Shown: positions 22,318-34,285 of the stretch, piece by piece
Numbering within the stretch: the stretch's first letter is position 1
How the letters are laid out: every line of letters begins with the position of its first letter
Notes under the pieces: model-generated
Seen by the model: only the letters and a program-made list of their open reading frames with translations
Database searches by the model: none
What the model was told of the DNA's origin: nothing
Program-made: the position numbers and the translations under genes
From: Macrostomum hystrix
Lineage: Eukaryota; Animalia; Platyhelminthes
Length of the DNA stretch: 64,000 nucleotides
Assembly (NCBI GenBank): GCA_950097015.1
Contig: CATNEN010000002.1
Span: forward strand, 8,742,001 to 8,806,000
Direction of reading: 5' to 3'

Positions 22318-22640
22318 TGTTCAGTCATGGACTGGGGTGTTCGGTCATGGACTGGGGTGTTCGGTCATGGACTGGGGTGTTCAGTCATGGACTGGGGTGT
22401 TCAGTCATGGACTGGGGTGTTCAGTCATGGACTGGGGTGTTGAGTCATGGACTGGGGTGTTGAGTCATGGACTGGGGTGTTGAGTCATGGACTGGGGTGT
22501 ACAGTCATGGACTGGGGTGTACAGTCATGGACTGGGGTGTACAGTCATGGACTGGGGTGTTCAGTCATGGACTGGGGTGTACAGTCATGGACTGGGGTGT
22601 TCAGTCATGGACTGGGTTATTCAGTCATGGACTGGGTGTT
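22318..22640. repeat. 20-bp minisatellite, shorter duplicate of 8476-8977
   Basis: About 16 units of gttcagtcatggactggggt. Confidence 0.95.
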
Positions 22641-23683
22641 GCCAACAAGAAGCTAGTTTCAGCTGTTCAGTCGCAGGCCGGCACAACGCAGCAGGCGGAC
22701 CGGCGGACCGCAGCATGAGCAGTTCCCAATGGCATCTTTGGAACTGAAAACAGTTGAGAATCACGTGTCTTGCTGCAGGACAGAAATTGTCTCTCCTGGG
22801 TTAAGATTCGAACTCTATACCTAATTGGTTGTGAGTCAGAAGCTAAAACTTGCACCGGGCTTCAATTTCTGCTAAATTTTACTAAATAAATTTTACTAAA
22901 GTTTACCAAAAGGTGGAGTAATAGGTAATTCTAGCAAGCGGATGCCAGGCAAATGGATTTATGAAATTTAATAGAATCTGTTGTTTCCCCATTTGTCTGT
23001 AGTTCGACATCGCTGTGGAAATTTGAGCATTTGGTGTGTTTTCTGCCTTCTGTCTTCGCAAATGCCTTCACTATTTTTTTTATTTTACTTTTATTCCCAA
23101 GGGCAACATGCTGAGCCATCTCAGCTGAAACTGCAAGCATGTTCCTTTTTAAGGCTGCCATTGTGGAAATCAAGCAGATAGGGCGCGCAGCCCTGAGAAA
23201 TGAACAGCCGTCACTCTGAAACTACGCTACAGTCAATTGAGTTGATGTGAGAAACGACATGTGGCAAAAGTATGAAAAAACGTCAGGTAAAAATAAAAAG
23301 CAAAGCAGTTGAAATTTTCTCTCATTAAGACATCTAAAGACATTAACTAAAAGATTCGCATATCAGTGAGGTACCACAAACAGCTGCTGCCATTACCTCA
23401 TTACTTTGGTCTTTTGACGAAAATGATTTCCATAGCAACGACGCAGCGAATCTTTAATAGGTTCCACATGCAGGCTTGGAACACTGACGGAGAGTGACCT
23501 TCGTGCCAGGCAAGCCAGCTTGGAGTTCCTCTGCCGTTTGACATCATTTTTGGATACTGACATACTGTGATCCGAGTTGGCGTATAGGTCAAGGACTTTT
23601 TAATTACAAGCTAGTAATACTTTAGTAACCTTAGTAGTACATGTTAGTAGTAAAGTAGTATACCTTAAAAGTCCATAAAACAT

Positions 23684-24033
23684 TGCTGGAAGGCTGCGGG
23701 CAATGACGCATCACTTGGTGACACTAGACCTGCAGCCAGCCAGGAGGCAATTCTGCCCATTTCGCTGACTCCTGAGCATACACTCACACATTTAACAGTA
23801 CGCAGGCACACGCTCGCATAGGTGCGTACATCTGCCCTGACTTTCTCATCGTCAGGCAGTGTACACTTCACTGCGCCTACGAGTTTCCCCCTTCAGAGCG
23901 CAAATTGCACGACAATCCCCCAAGCCTTCTCCCCGCGGCTGCGCCCCAAATAAATGTGGCCTCGCCGTGGAATCGAGCTCAGCGACCGTGGTGCCAGGGG
24001 CAAACGCGTTAGAACCGCTCTGCCACTCACACC
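23684..24033 (-). mobile_element. tRNA-derived SINE copy (duplicate of 10014-10353)
   Basis: Same flanks and body as 10014-10353, with a locally divergent patch near 23775-23825. Confidence 0.85.
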
Positions 24034-24204
24034 TCTTAGTAGTACTTGGTATAGGTGAGCCGAATTTTCATGCGAAATATTCGCATCATACTACTGCCTG
24101 GCAAGGCGTTTTAATCCGCTGACATTTCACTGTGATTAGTCTCATACCAAAGCTGACACTACTGGCCACCAACACACTCCGTTTAAAAAGTTTATTTTTC
24201 TTAG

Positions 24205-24355
24205 CCGGATGGTCTCCGTGAAAATCTGAGAGGCGCCACCTTGCAGAGGTCACAGTTGACGCCGACTTCCACGAAGATGCTCGAGTCGAAGGTGTTCGTG
24301 GACTAGGCTGTCCGAAACTCAGCAGCAGTCGGTTCGAACCTAGGGAATTAAAAGC
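24205..24355 (-). pseudogene. Duplicate of the subtype-B relic
   Basis: Matches 10524-10674. Confidence 0.75.
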
Positions 24356-25100
24356 AACTAAAACTAGGAAATCTATCCCAAAATCCATCCCAAATCCCAA
24401 GAGCACTGGTGTTACAGTTTATATACTTCGGCAGCGGTTTCATTCACGACACTGTTGCTGCTGTGAACTGACTCTGATGAGTCCACCTTATAGACGTCTG
24501 CTATAAGGCATTGAGCAGCAAAAGGGCTTGACACTGAAGCTGAGCATCACTGAGACCTGGGGGAAGCATCCCAGGAATTAATAAATTAATAATTTATTAC
24601 CATACTCCTGAGCGCACACGCGCACACATAGCTCGTACCCTACAGATGGCAGGTTCAGAAAACTCTGGCTGATAATCGACTTAGATTCTTGCTGCCCCAC
24701 TAACGGGATGAAGGGATGGATGAAGGCGAGACGAGTTACTCGTAGTTCTTGGGCTCACATCTAATTATACCCCGTTGAGAAACTCGCGTTTATAACCATT
24801 GTACACTTTTGGAGGGGTTTTTCCCAGCCACCAATGAAGCCTGATTGTTGCACGCCTTTACTGTCTATGTCCCGAACCCCGCCAGCTCGTCTCGCTGTCT
24901 TACAGCCTTCCCCAAACTGAGTTCTCTTGCTGCCCTAAGTCAGGCGGTCTACTTTTGGACCATAGACATTTCGGGCGTGCACCAATCGACAAAATAATCG
25001 ATTGCTGCACGCCCCGCGAGACCGCTGGCTATATCCGCTCCGTGAGACTGATTGTTGCACGCCCCAACTGTCTGTGGTCCAAAAGTATACAATGCCAGTG

Positions 25101-25187
25101 ATAAACGGCTATTCGTACTGCAAAGTTTTAAACCTCGGGCGCTACGCGCCCTCGGTTAAAAACATTGCAGCACTCATAGCCGTTTAT
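25101..25187. other. 87-bp imperfect palindrome containing the empty piggyBac target site
   Basis: It has 42-bp arms (ataaacggctat...gggcgc / gcgccc...atagccgtttat), 7 mismatches and a 3-nt loop (tac). The piggyBac splits the other copy. Confidence 0.85.
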
Positions 25188-25538
25188 TACTATATCATTG
25201 CTGCATGTTTGAAAAGATCTTGTATTATGTAGCTCGTATAAAGCTCACTTTAAATATTTTTGCCTTTATTCCAGTGTATTTTTGTATATTAAAAAGTTGC
25301 ATGGATTAGAAAAACAGCGCAAGATAATATATAAAATAATTAACAAACTGCTCATGAGTTTGGATACAGTATTATACGTTGTGATTAAAAATGAAACAGG
25401 GCCGAAAACATCTCTCTTTTTTCAGTATTATAGAATATGTATTGTTCGTGTTACGAGCTCGTACTATTCAGTTCACTATAGTTAAGCCACTTGCACTCAG
25501 AGAATCGTTAGATTTCGCTACTGTCTCCCATGAATCTG

Positions 25539-26642
25539 TCAGCGCACCAGACTAAAGAAGTTGCGAATTTCATTCTCTGTCATCGTGTCATTCATGATGG
25601 CCACTGACCGGATGGTCCCCTGAAACATCCTGGAGTCGCCATGTCGATATCCGATTGTGAAGCAGGAGAAGTTCTGGGGTACCGGCGAGAAGATGTTGGA
25701 CTTGGTGACCAGCGACGGCGGCACGAAGGCAGCGTTGGAAAAGAATGTAACGTTTATCGGCGCCGAAGTAGTGACGCCGACTTCCACGAAGGCGCTCGAG
25801 TTGAAAGTGTTCGTGGACACAGATGTCGTAAACTCGGCAGTAGTCGGTGCGAACCCGGAGAAGTACAGGCCCCTATTACCTATAATTCCATCCCAGAGGC
25901 CGGACCCAACTGTGTGGGTGATGCAGTTGGCATTCTCCAGAAGCGGACACTCTTTCGGAACGCGTTTGTATCTAATTAGCCAGGTTAGAGCCTGCCCCTG
26001 GTTGCCGAAATTCACAGCTTCCAGCTTCATCTTGGACGACACTCCGTTGAACTTGGCTCCCTCACTGATGAACTCGACTGACTCCGACTTCCACAGCAGT
26101 GTCTGGCCGCACACCAAGTTGCTCTTGCTGGCTTCCTCATCGTCGCTCATCACCCACGCTGCACGCAGCTTCGAGCCCACACTGCTCATCAGCTTCCTGC
26201 TCAGCGTCATGAAGTTGACGGCTCTGGCATTGGCGAACGCAATGCATCTTTTTGGTGTGCTGATCCCATTGCTGCCTAGGGCATCGATGAGGTGGCACAC
26301 GGCAATGTACTGGAACAGCGAGCACTGGCGAGTGTCCGAGTCGAACTGAGCCACCAGCAGGCCGGTCAGTTGGCTGCCATAGACGACGCACTCGATGTCA
26401 GCCCGCGCCGATGCGCCCTGCACCGCCAGAGTCTCGGCCAGGCAGCTCGCCGTCTCGAGCCTCTGCCACTGAGCCGAGGCGGTGCAGTTGATCAGCCGGG
26501 CCAGACAGACCAGGCCGAGCAGAGCTGCACCTGAAACTGAGGCGGCATATTCGAATTATAGTATATAGAAGGTATAATGTTCCGTCGATTGAATCAAGGG
26601 CCGAAAGGTGCGAAACCTACTTGCACCAGCTCGCTTTAGCAT
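25539..26642 (-). CDS. Secreted PAN/apple-like + LamG protein, subtype B, copy B2 (~337 aa)
   Basis: Exon 1 is 26642-26621, the intron is 26620-26531 and exon 2 is 26530-25539. It is nearly identical to B1 (F>V in ECVFY/ECVVY). Confidence 0.85.
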
Positions 26643-27803
26643 GTGGGGCCGTTAGAATCCACAGTGTCCGCCACACAGAAACAGAGCTTGCAGGTCTTGC
26701 CGTCTCACTATGAATTTGAAGGTTGAAATAATATTTTTCTTGCTGGACGTACAAGACCAACGTAACCCAAGCAACCAAGACCCCCCAGCCAATGATTGTG
26801 AGTAGTGAAGAGATGAGTTTACTTGATGTCGATTGGAACCATCCGCCATTGTAAAAGGACTTTCTGTCAAAAAAGTTAATTTGTTGAAAACAGTCATCCG
26901 CCTCGTCGCTTGGAGTGAGAGGATGCCGCAGCAGCGTCATCCGTATGGCGCCATGCCAACCCACGCGTCGGTCCGCTTTCCCGCAGCTACTGGCAGGCTT
27001 GGGAGGGAGTGTTGATGACAAGTTCATTTTTATGCGGGTCTAAATATGGAGGCACACCAGGCTTCTATTGCTGCCTTTTGTCCATGCTTGATAAAAAACC
27101 AACAAGATATACGCAGAACTCATAGCTTTTTTATAGAATGTCCTTGCAACGCATAAGCGCAGTAAATTTACCAGAGGATCGCTGCAGATATCGATTTGTT
27201 TTTCATGCACAATGGGGCGTTTTTGCGAGAGGTCCTGAACTGAGAGCATACTTTGTAGCCAATGACCACTAGGAGCAGATGGACGGGAAACTGCGTTTCC
27301 TAGAAAAAGTTTATGAGGCTTGTTTTTCACCGAAAAATGCGCCATGGTGATCAGACATTTCCACTTTTTCTTCTCAAATCAGTTGACTGCGATTGAATGT
27401 GGTTGAATTTTAGTTAATACATGTAATTAAATTACACTCGCTCGACTCGAGAGTTGTGATTAGCTCGTACAAGTATTGTAGTATGTAGTTCCTGTTTAGA
27501 TTAAAAAGTGTCTAAACTGAATCAAAGTCATAGGATTCGTGCTTACTTATGCGTACTCGTACATAGATCGATCTCATCTCTCCCCTGGTTTATCGCTGGC
27601 GTAACTACTGTACTAGTCGGTACTGGAAGGCAGGCCAGTACCGTTGGTTAGCAAAGAGGCTGAGAGCTTTAAATAGACTTGCAAGACTAACTAACAAGCC
27701 AGAGGCTGAACGGCACGACTATCAACTGACACACGGACATGTGCTTGCAGCCCGCGTCAGTGCGACCAGCTGCGACCTACTGAACAGGGCTGGCCTATCT
27801 GAC

Positions 27804-29139
27804 ATGGCGTGCAAGGCGGCCTCCTCGGTCCTGACGGCTTGCGCGCTGATCTCCGCGCTGAGATTGCTGTAGCAGGGCTCGACCCCCTGCTCGCCACCAT
27901 CCCCCTAGTCCTCGCCGCCCTGGCTTTCGCCTTGGCCATCAAGTCCAGCCAATTCCTGGAGCGCCTGCTTCGCTGCATTTTTGTCGTCGGATTCGACCTT
28001 GGCGTCGGTGATATTTTCGATTAAATCAACAACTGCGCCATTCTGTGGCTGAAGTTGGCAGTGCTGGAGTTCTGCCTGACCTTCTGGCTGAGCCGCCTTG
28101 TCGCCGATCAGCCGGACAGTTCGAAGGTGGCTCGGACGCTGGCCGAGGCCGGCCGGGCCGCGGACGCCGTTGCGGCCGGCCAGCTGACCCGAGCGGAGGC
28201 CTGCGACAGGTCGGCGAAGGCCGCCCGCCTTCTCCGCCTCGCGCACGACTTTCTAGCGGCTCGATTCGCCTTCTCACTATGAAAAGGCGAACTGGAAGAT
28301 GGCGAGACCGGCGAGATCGACGACTGGCCGGACTTCGGCTCGAATGCGTCCGAGGCAGTTCTGACAGGTTCTGGTGGACAGATTGAGAAACTTTATGAGC
28401 ATGTTTGAGCATCTGCTAGCTAGAGATGACTGCTACTGTTAGTAGCCATACACGAGTATGAGACTGCTCGCCTCCTGCTCACTTCCTGCTCAACTCAGGC
28501 TCTCTGAACACGGCGCTGTCGCACCTGCTGCCAGCGCAGGAGTTTGCGTGCTCCCCGCTGCGCCAGCTGCTGCTGCACTCCCTGCGTGTCAGGCTGTGCA
28601 AACCTGCTGTGACATACCTGGCTGAGCTCCTCCTGCCGCACTGGTTGCTGTCGGCCGGTAAGGCTTCCGACGGCCGAGTCGCTCTGTTTGGCTTGGCTGA
28701 CGATGACACCGCTGCTGATGAGGCCGATCTGGCAGCTGATGGAGACGATGGCTCCGAGGAATCGGAGACTGACGAAAGGAAGGATGTCTCCGTAGACTTC
28801 AGGAAGGATGTCTCCGTAGGCTTCAGGAAAGATGTCATCGTAGGCTTCAGGAAGGATGTCTCCGTAGGCTTCAGGAAGGATGTTTCCGTAGGCTTCAGGA
28901 AAGATGTCATCGTAGGCTTCAGGAAGGATGTCTCCGTAGGCTTCAGGAAGGATGTTTCCGTAGGCTTCAGGAAGGATGTCTCCGCAGGCTTCAGGAAGAA
29001 TGTTTCCGTAGGCTTCAGGAAGGATGTCTCCGTAGGCTTCAGGAAGAATGTTTCCGTAGGCTTCAGGAAGGATGTCTCCGTAATGAGAACTCAGGGAAGG
29101 GAGTGGGGCAATGAGAACTCAGGGAAGGGAGTGGGGTAA
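27804..29139 (+). pseudogene. Duplicate of the decayed PXA-like sequence
   Basis: Same sequence and same disabling stops as 16769-18284, and it runs into the fused minisatellites. Confidence 0.5.
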
Positions 29140-29309
29140 TGAGAACTCAGGGAAGGGAGTGGGGTAATGAGAACACAGGGAAGGTAGTGGGGTAATGAGA
29201 ACTCAGGGAAGGGAGTGGGGTAATGAGAACTCAGGGAAGGGAGAGGGGTAATGAGAACTCAGGGAAGGGAGTGGGGTAATGAGAACTCAGGGAAGGGAGT
29301 GGGGTAATG
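28777..29309. repeat. Fused 24-bp and 28-bp minisatellites
   Basis: 24-bp units run to ~29080, then switch directly (ggatgtctccg|taatgagaactcaggg) to 28-bp units up to ~29309. Confidence 0.95.
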
Positions 29310-29995
29310 CGAGTGACTGCATGGGTGAGAAGGCGCGACTCCAGGGCAATCTTGCCTTAGTGGTTTTATTCGGTACTGAAGAAGGTCCGTACAGTAGCTG
29401 GGACTGAGCAAAGTCGGCCGAAGCCAGTTGTCAAGCTGCGTAAAAGCATTGAATCCGGGGCGGAACCGCGTAGACGTAGAAGTTTTTATTTCATAAGTTC
29501 ATGAACAAAAATGATTAAGAAGGCTGCCGCCCTATCCTACAGCGATGAGGTACTGCGCAGTTTGTGAGGCTTGGCTGGATTGAAGCAGCCCGGGTGTGCG
29601 GCCGACTGCACGCTCGATAATCCGCGGCTCCTAATTGAATCAGTTTTCCAGTTGAGGAGGCCGCGATTCGACTCCGTGGAGCGCCAAAAAAAGTAAATAT
29701 TACTCGAATTTTTATGCCGAATAAAGGTCTTTGTTCAACCTAGACAACTTGCAAAACAGTTTCCGATTAAAATAAAAATTAAAGAAAGCATTTTGTTTTA
29801 ACAAGCTTTGTCTAATCTGCGAACTCGAAGCAGACCCAATTAAAAGTTTACATTCTTCAGAAATGAAAACAAAGGCTGGAATTCGATTAAGGTCAAACTT
29901 CTGGGGGGGACGCTCGGCAGGTATTTTAAAGTCGCATTGCTACCAACTGGCCATGCAGGAATCCGGGATTTTAGGAAAATCCAAAAGCATTAAAC

Positions 29996-32440
29996 ACCGG
30001 CCCGAGGGCCTGATGCGGCCCTCGAAGCTCCCAAATCTGGCCCCTTTCCGACACCTACAGTATCCAGTCTCATCTCTCCCCTGTCTCATCTCTCCGCTGT
30101 CTCATCTCTCCGCTGTCTCATCTCTCCGCTGTCTCATCTCTCCGCTGTCTCATCTCTCCACTGTCTCATCTCTCCCCTGTCTCATCTCTCCGCTGTCTCA
30201 TCTCTCCCCTGTCTCATCTCTCCCCTGTCTCATCTCTCCGCTGTCTCATCTCTCCCCTGTCTCATCTCTCCACTGTCTCATCTCTCCCCTGTCTCATCTC
30301 TCCCCTGTCTCATCTCTCCCCTGTCTCATCTCTCCCCTGTCTTATCTCTCCCCTGTCTCACCTCTCCCCTGTCTTATCTCTCCCCTATCTCATCTCTCCC
30401 CTGTCTCACCTCTCCCCTGTCTTATCTCTCCCCTGTCTCATCTCCCCTGTCTCATCTCTCCGCTGTCTCATCTCTCCGCTGTCTCATCTCTCCGCTGTCT
30501 CATCTCTCCGCTGTCTCATCTCTCCGCTGTCTCATCTCTCCGCTGTCTCATCTCTCCCCTGTCTCATCTCTCCGCTGTCTCATCTCTCCGCTGTCTCATC
30601 TCTCCGCTGTCTCATCTCTCCACTGTCTCATCTCTCCGCTGTCTCATCTCTCCGCTGTCTCATCTCTCCGCTGTCTCATCTCTCCGCTGTCTCATCTCTC
30701 CCCTGTCCAATCTCACCACTGTCTCATATTTTCGCTGTCTCATCTCTCCCCTGTCTCATCTCTCGCTGTCTCATCTCCCCCTGTCTCATCTCTTCCCATG
30801 TCTCAACTCTCGCTGTCTCATCTCTCCGCTGTCTCATCTCTCCCCTGTCCAATCTCACCGCTGTCTCATATTTTCGCTGTCTCAACTCTCACCTGTCTCA
30901 TCTCTCCGCTGTCTCATCTCTTCCCGTGTCTCAACTCTCACCTGTCTCATCTCTCCGCTGTCTCATCTCTTCCCGTGTCTCAACTCTCACCTGTCTCATC
31001 TCTCCGCTGTCTCATCTCTTCCCGTGTCTCAACTCTCACCTGTCTCATCTCTCCGCTGTCTCATCTCTCCGCTGTCTCATCTCTCCGCTGTCTCATCTCT
31101 CCGCTGTCTCATCTCTCCGCTGTCTCATCTCTCCCAGCCCCTGTCTCAACTCTCACCTGTCTTATCTCTCCGCTGTCTCATCTCTTCCCGTGTCTCAACT
31201 CTCACCTGTCTCATCTCTCCGCTGTCTCATCTCTTCCCGTGTCTCAACTCTCACCTGTCTCATCTCTCCGCTGTCTCATCTCTCCGCTGTCTCATCTCCC
31301 CCTGTCTCATCTCTTCCCATGTCTCAACTCTCGCTGTCTCATCTCTCCGCTGTCTCATCTCTCCCCTGTCCAATCTCACCGCTGTCTCATATTTTCGCTG
31401 TCTCAACTCTCACCTGTCTCATCTCTCCGCTGTCTCATCTCTTCCCGTGTCTCAACTCTCACCTGTCTCATCTCTCCGCTGTCTCATCTCTTCCCGTGTC
31501 TCAACTCTCACCTGTCTCATCTCTCCGCTGTCTCATCTCTTCCCGTGTCTCAACTCTCACCTGTCTCATCTCTCCGCTGTCTCATCTCTTCCCGTGTCTC
31601 AACTCTCACCTGTCTCATCTCTCCGCTGTCTCATCTCTCCGCTGTCTCATCTCTCCGCTGTCTCATCTCTCCGCTGTCTCATCTCTCCGCTGTCTCATCT
31701 CTCCCAGCCCCTGTCTCAACTCTCACCTGTCTTATCTCTCCGCTGTCTCATCTCTTCCCGTGTCTCAACTCTCACCTGTCTCATCTCTCCGCTGTCTCAT
31801 CTCTTCCCGTGTCTCAACTCTCACCTGTCTCATCTCTCCGCTGTCTCATCTCTCCGCTGTCTCATCTCCCCCTGTCTCATCTCTTCCCATGTCTCAACTC
31901 TCGCTGTCTCATCTCTCCGCTGTCTCATCTCTCCCCTGTCCAATCTCACCGCTGTCTCATATTTTCGCTGTCTCAACTCTCACCTGTCTCATCTCTCCGC
32001 TGTCTCATCTCTTCCCGTGTCTCAACTCTCACCTGTCTCATCTCTCCGCTGTCTCATCTCTTCCCGTGTCTCAACTCTCACCTGTCTCATCTCTCCGCTG
32101 TCTCATCTCTTCCCGTGTCTCAACTCTCACCTGTCTCATCTCTCCGCTGTCTCATCTCTCCGCTGTCTCATCTCTCCGCTGTCTCATCTCTCCGCTGTCT
32201 CATCTCTCCGCTGTCTCATCTCTCCCAGCCCCTGTCTCAACTCTCACCTGTCTCATCTCTCCGCTGTCTCATCTCTTCCCGTGTCTCAACTCTCACCTGT
32301 CTCATCTCTCCGCTGTCTCATCTCTTCCCGTGTCTCAACTCTCACCTGTCTCATCTCTCCGCTGTCTCATCTCTCCGCTGTCTCATCTCTCCCCTGTCTT
32401 ATCACTTAGGCCCGCCAGGTAATAAGTTTGCCGACCCCTG
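29996..32440. mobile_element. Non-autonomous hAT (Charlie/Buster-type) element containing a 16-bp satellite
   Basis: The 8-bp direct repeat cattaaac (29988-29995 and 32441-32448) has a central TA. The right end gtttgccgacccctg and the left subterminal cggcccgagggcctgatgcggccc resemble MER58-type Charlie ends (from memory). The left 15-bp TIR is missing. Confidence 0.75.
30067..32402. repeat. 16-bp satellite (ctgtctcatctctccg)n with ~520-570 bp higher-order blocks
   Basis: The marker ccaatctcaccgctgtctcatattttcg occurs at ~30849, 31370 and 31941. The marker cccagcccc occurs at ~31132, 31703 and 32223. Confidence 0.95.
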
Positions 32441-33355
32441 CATTAAACAATAGAATCACAACGCTATTGTCCAACTGAATAAAGACGGTGTTTTAAATAC
32501 CCACTGCCTGCTTCACGAAAGCTCCGAAACCGAATATTGATCGATTTTCGTGAAGTACGATGAACTAACTTTCATAGCCGTCCGACGTCAACAATACGAC
32601 GTCGAGGTATTCAGCGATTCTAGTCGAAGACCGTGGTGACAAGGACAGCTAGCATTGCTCTGTGTGAACCTCTATGGCGTAAAGTATAATCAATGAAATA
32701 TAGTCAACACTGATAGCCAACTTGGTTATATAATGAACTTTTGTGCGCAGAAAAATTATGCCTTTATTAGTGGTGTTTGCCACCAGAAACCCCGACAAGA
32801 ATCGTTGAATATCTCGACGATGCGATGTTTTTGTGATTCTGGAAGTTGTTTCATCGAATAGAGTGGAAAATTTCAGCCAGTTCATGGCGATTGGTTGAAT
32901 ATTTTGAAATACCCCGAGGTCTTTGTACTGCTAAACAATAGTTAGTGTTGCATAGCAGATCCCAAATCCAGTGAAGTGACTCACACCAACTAGCGACTCA
33001 CACCACATTCAAGTGGGCGCATTTCATTTTCTTGAGTGATTTTCACGCCCTCAGATTTCATTGCTACTCGGAGATTCCGAAGCAGGCTTGACATGACAGA
33101 AAAGCCATTGCATGGGCAATCAGCCACTTTGACCACCCTCTCTGATTGATGACTCATGCTGCTGATTTGCCTATTCACAACTCATTGTTCTCGCAATGAA
33201 CTTCAGACCCACTCGAGTGGGTTAATATTGGCTCACAGAAACACTGCAGTTAGTCATCACAATGCCATTAACAGCTTGGACAGTGACATTCTGTTGTGGG
33301 GTAGCTCATTAAGCCACTTTTATTTACTGTCTGAACAGAACCTGCAGGTGATTAA

Positions 33356-34285
33356 ACTGACTACCTGACAGACAAGGAACTGACATCATCTGACAGACAA
33401 GGAACTGACACTACCTGACAGACAAGGACTGACACTACCTGACAGACAAGGAACTGACACTACCTGACAGACAAGGACTGACACTACCTGACAGACAAGG
33501 ACTGACACTACCTGACAGACAAGGAACTGACATCATCTGACAGACAAGGAACTGACACTACCTGACAGACAAGGAACTGACAGTACCTCCTGACAGACAA
33601 GGAACTGACAGTACCTGACAGACAAGGAACTGACAGTACCTGGCAGACAAGAACTAACACTACCTGACAGACAAGGACTGACACTACCTGACAGACAAGG
33701 ACTGACATCATCTGACAGACAAGGAACTGACAGTACCTGACAGACAAGGAACTGACATTATCTGATAGACAAGGAACTGACACAACCTGACAAACAAGGA
33801 ACTGACACAACCTGACAGAGAAGGAACTAACACTACCTGACAGACAAGGAACTGACAGTACCTGACAGACAAGGAACTGACACTACCTGACAGACAAGGA
33901 ACTGACAGAACCTGACAGACAAGGAACTGACACTACCTGACAGACAAGGAACTGACAGTACCTGACAGACAAGGAACTGACACAACCTGACAGACAAGGA
34001 ACTGACACAACCTGACAGACAAGGAATTGACACAACCTGACAGACAAGGAACTGACATCATCTGACAGACAAGGGACTGACATCATCTGACAGACAAGGA
34101 ACTGACATCATCTGACAGACAAGGGACTGACATCATCTGACAGACAAGGAACTGACACAACCTGACATACAAGGAACTGACACAACCTGACAGACAAGGA
34201 ACTGACACAACCTGACATACGAGTACAAGGAACTGACACAACCTGACATACAAGGAACTGACACAACCTGACAGACAAGGAACTG
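33356..34285. repeat. 24/25-bp minisatellite (ctgacagacaaggaactgacactac)n
   Basis: Tandem units are directly visible. Confidence 0.95.

Larger units (their letters stand above)
19353..29194. repeat. Tandem segmental duplication, copy 2 (~9.8 kb)
   Basis: Colinear with 4983-19353. It lacks the piggyBac, carries a deletion joining gcggcctcat to agagggagaaaa at ~19550, and has its 24-bp and 28-bp arrays fused at ~29080. Confidence 0.95.

Noticed and set aside
4983-29194. Duplication as a pure assembly artefact (two haplotypes in tandem)
   Set aside because: The junction joins non-homologous sequence with only 1-nt microhomology, which assemblers do not normally create. It is not fully excluded without reads.
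29863-32453. Long ORFs (848, 551 and 498 aa) of SHLS/LISP repeats
   Set aside because: They are open only because the 16-bp satellite lacks stop codons. Several frames are open at once, and the region lies inside a hAT MITE.
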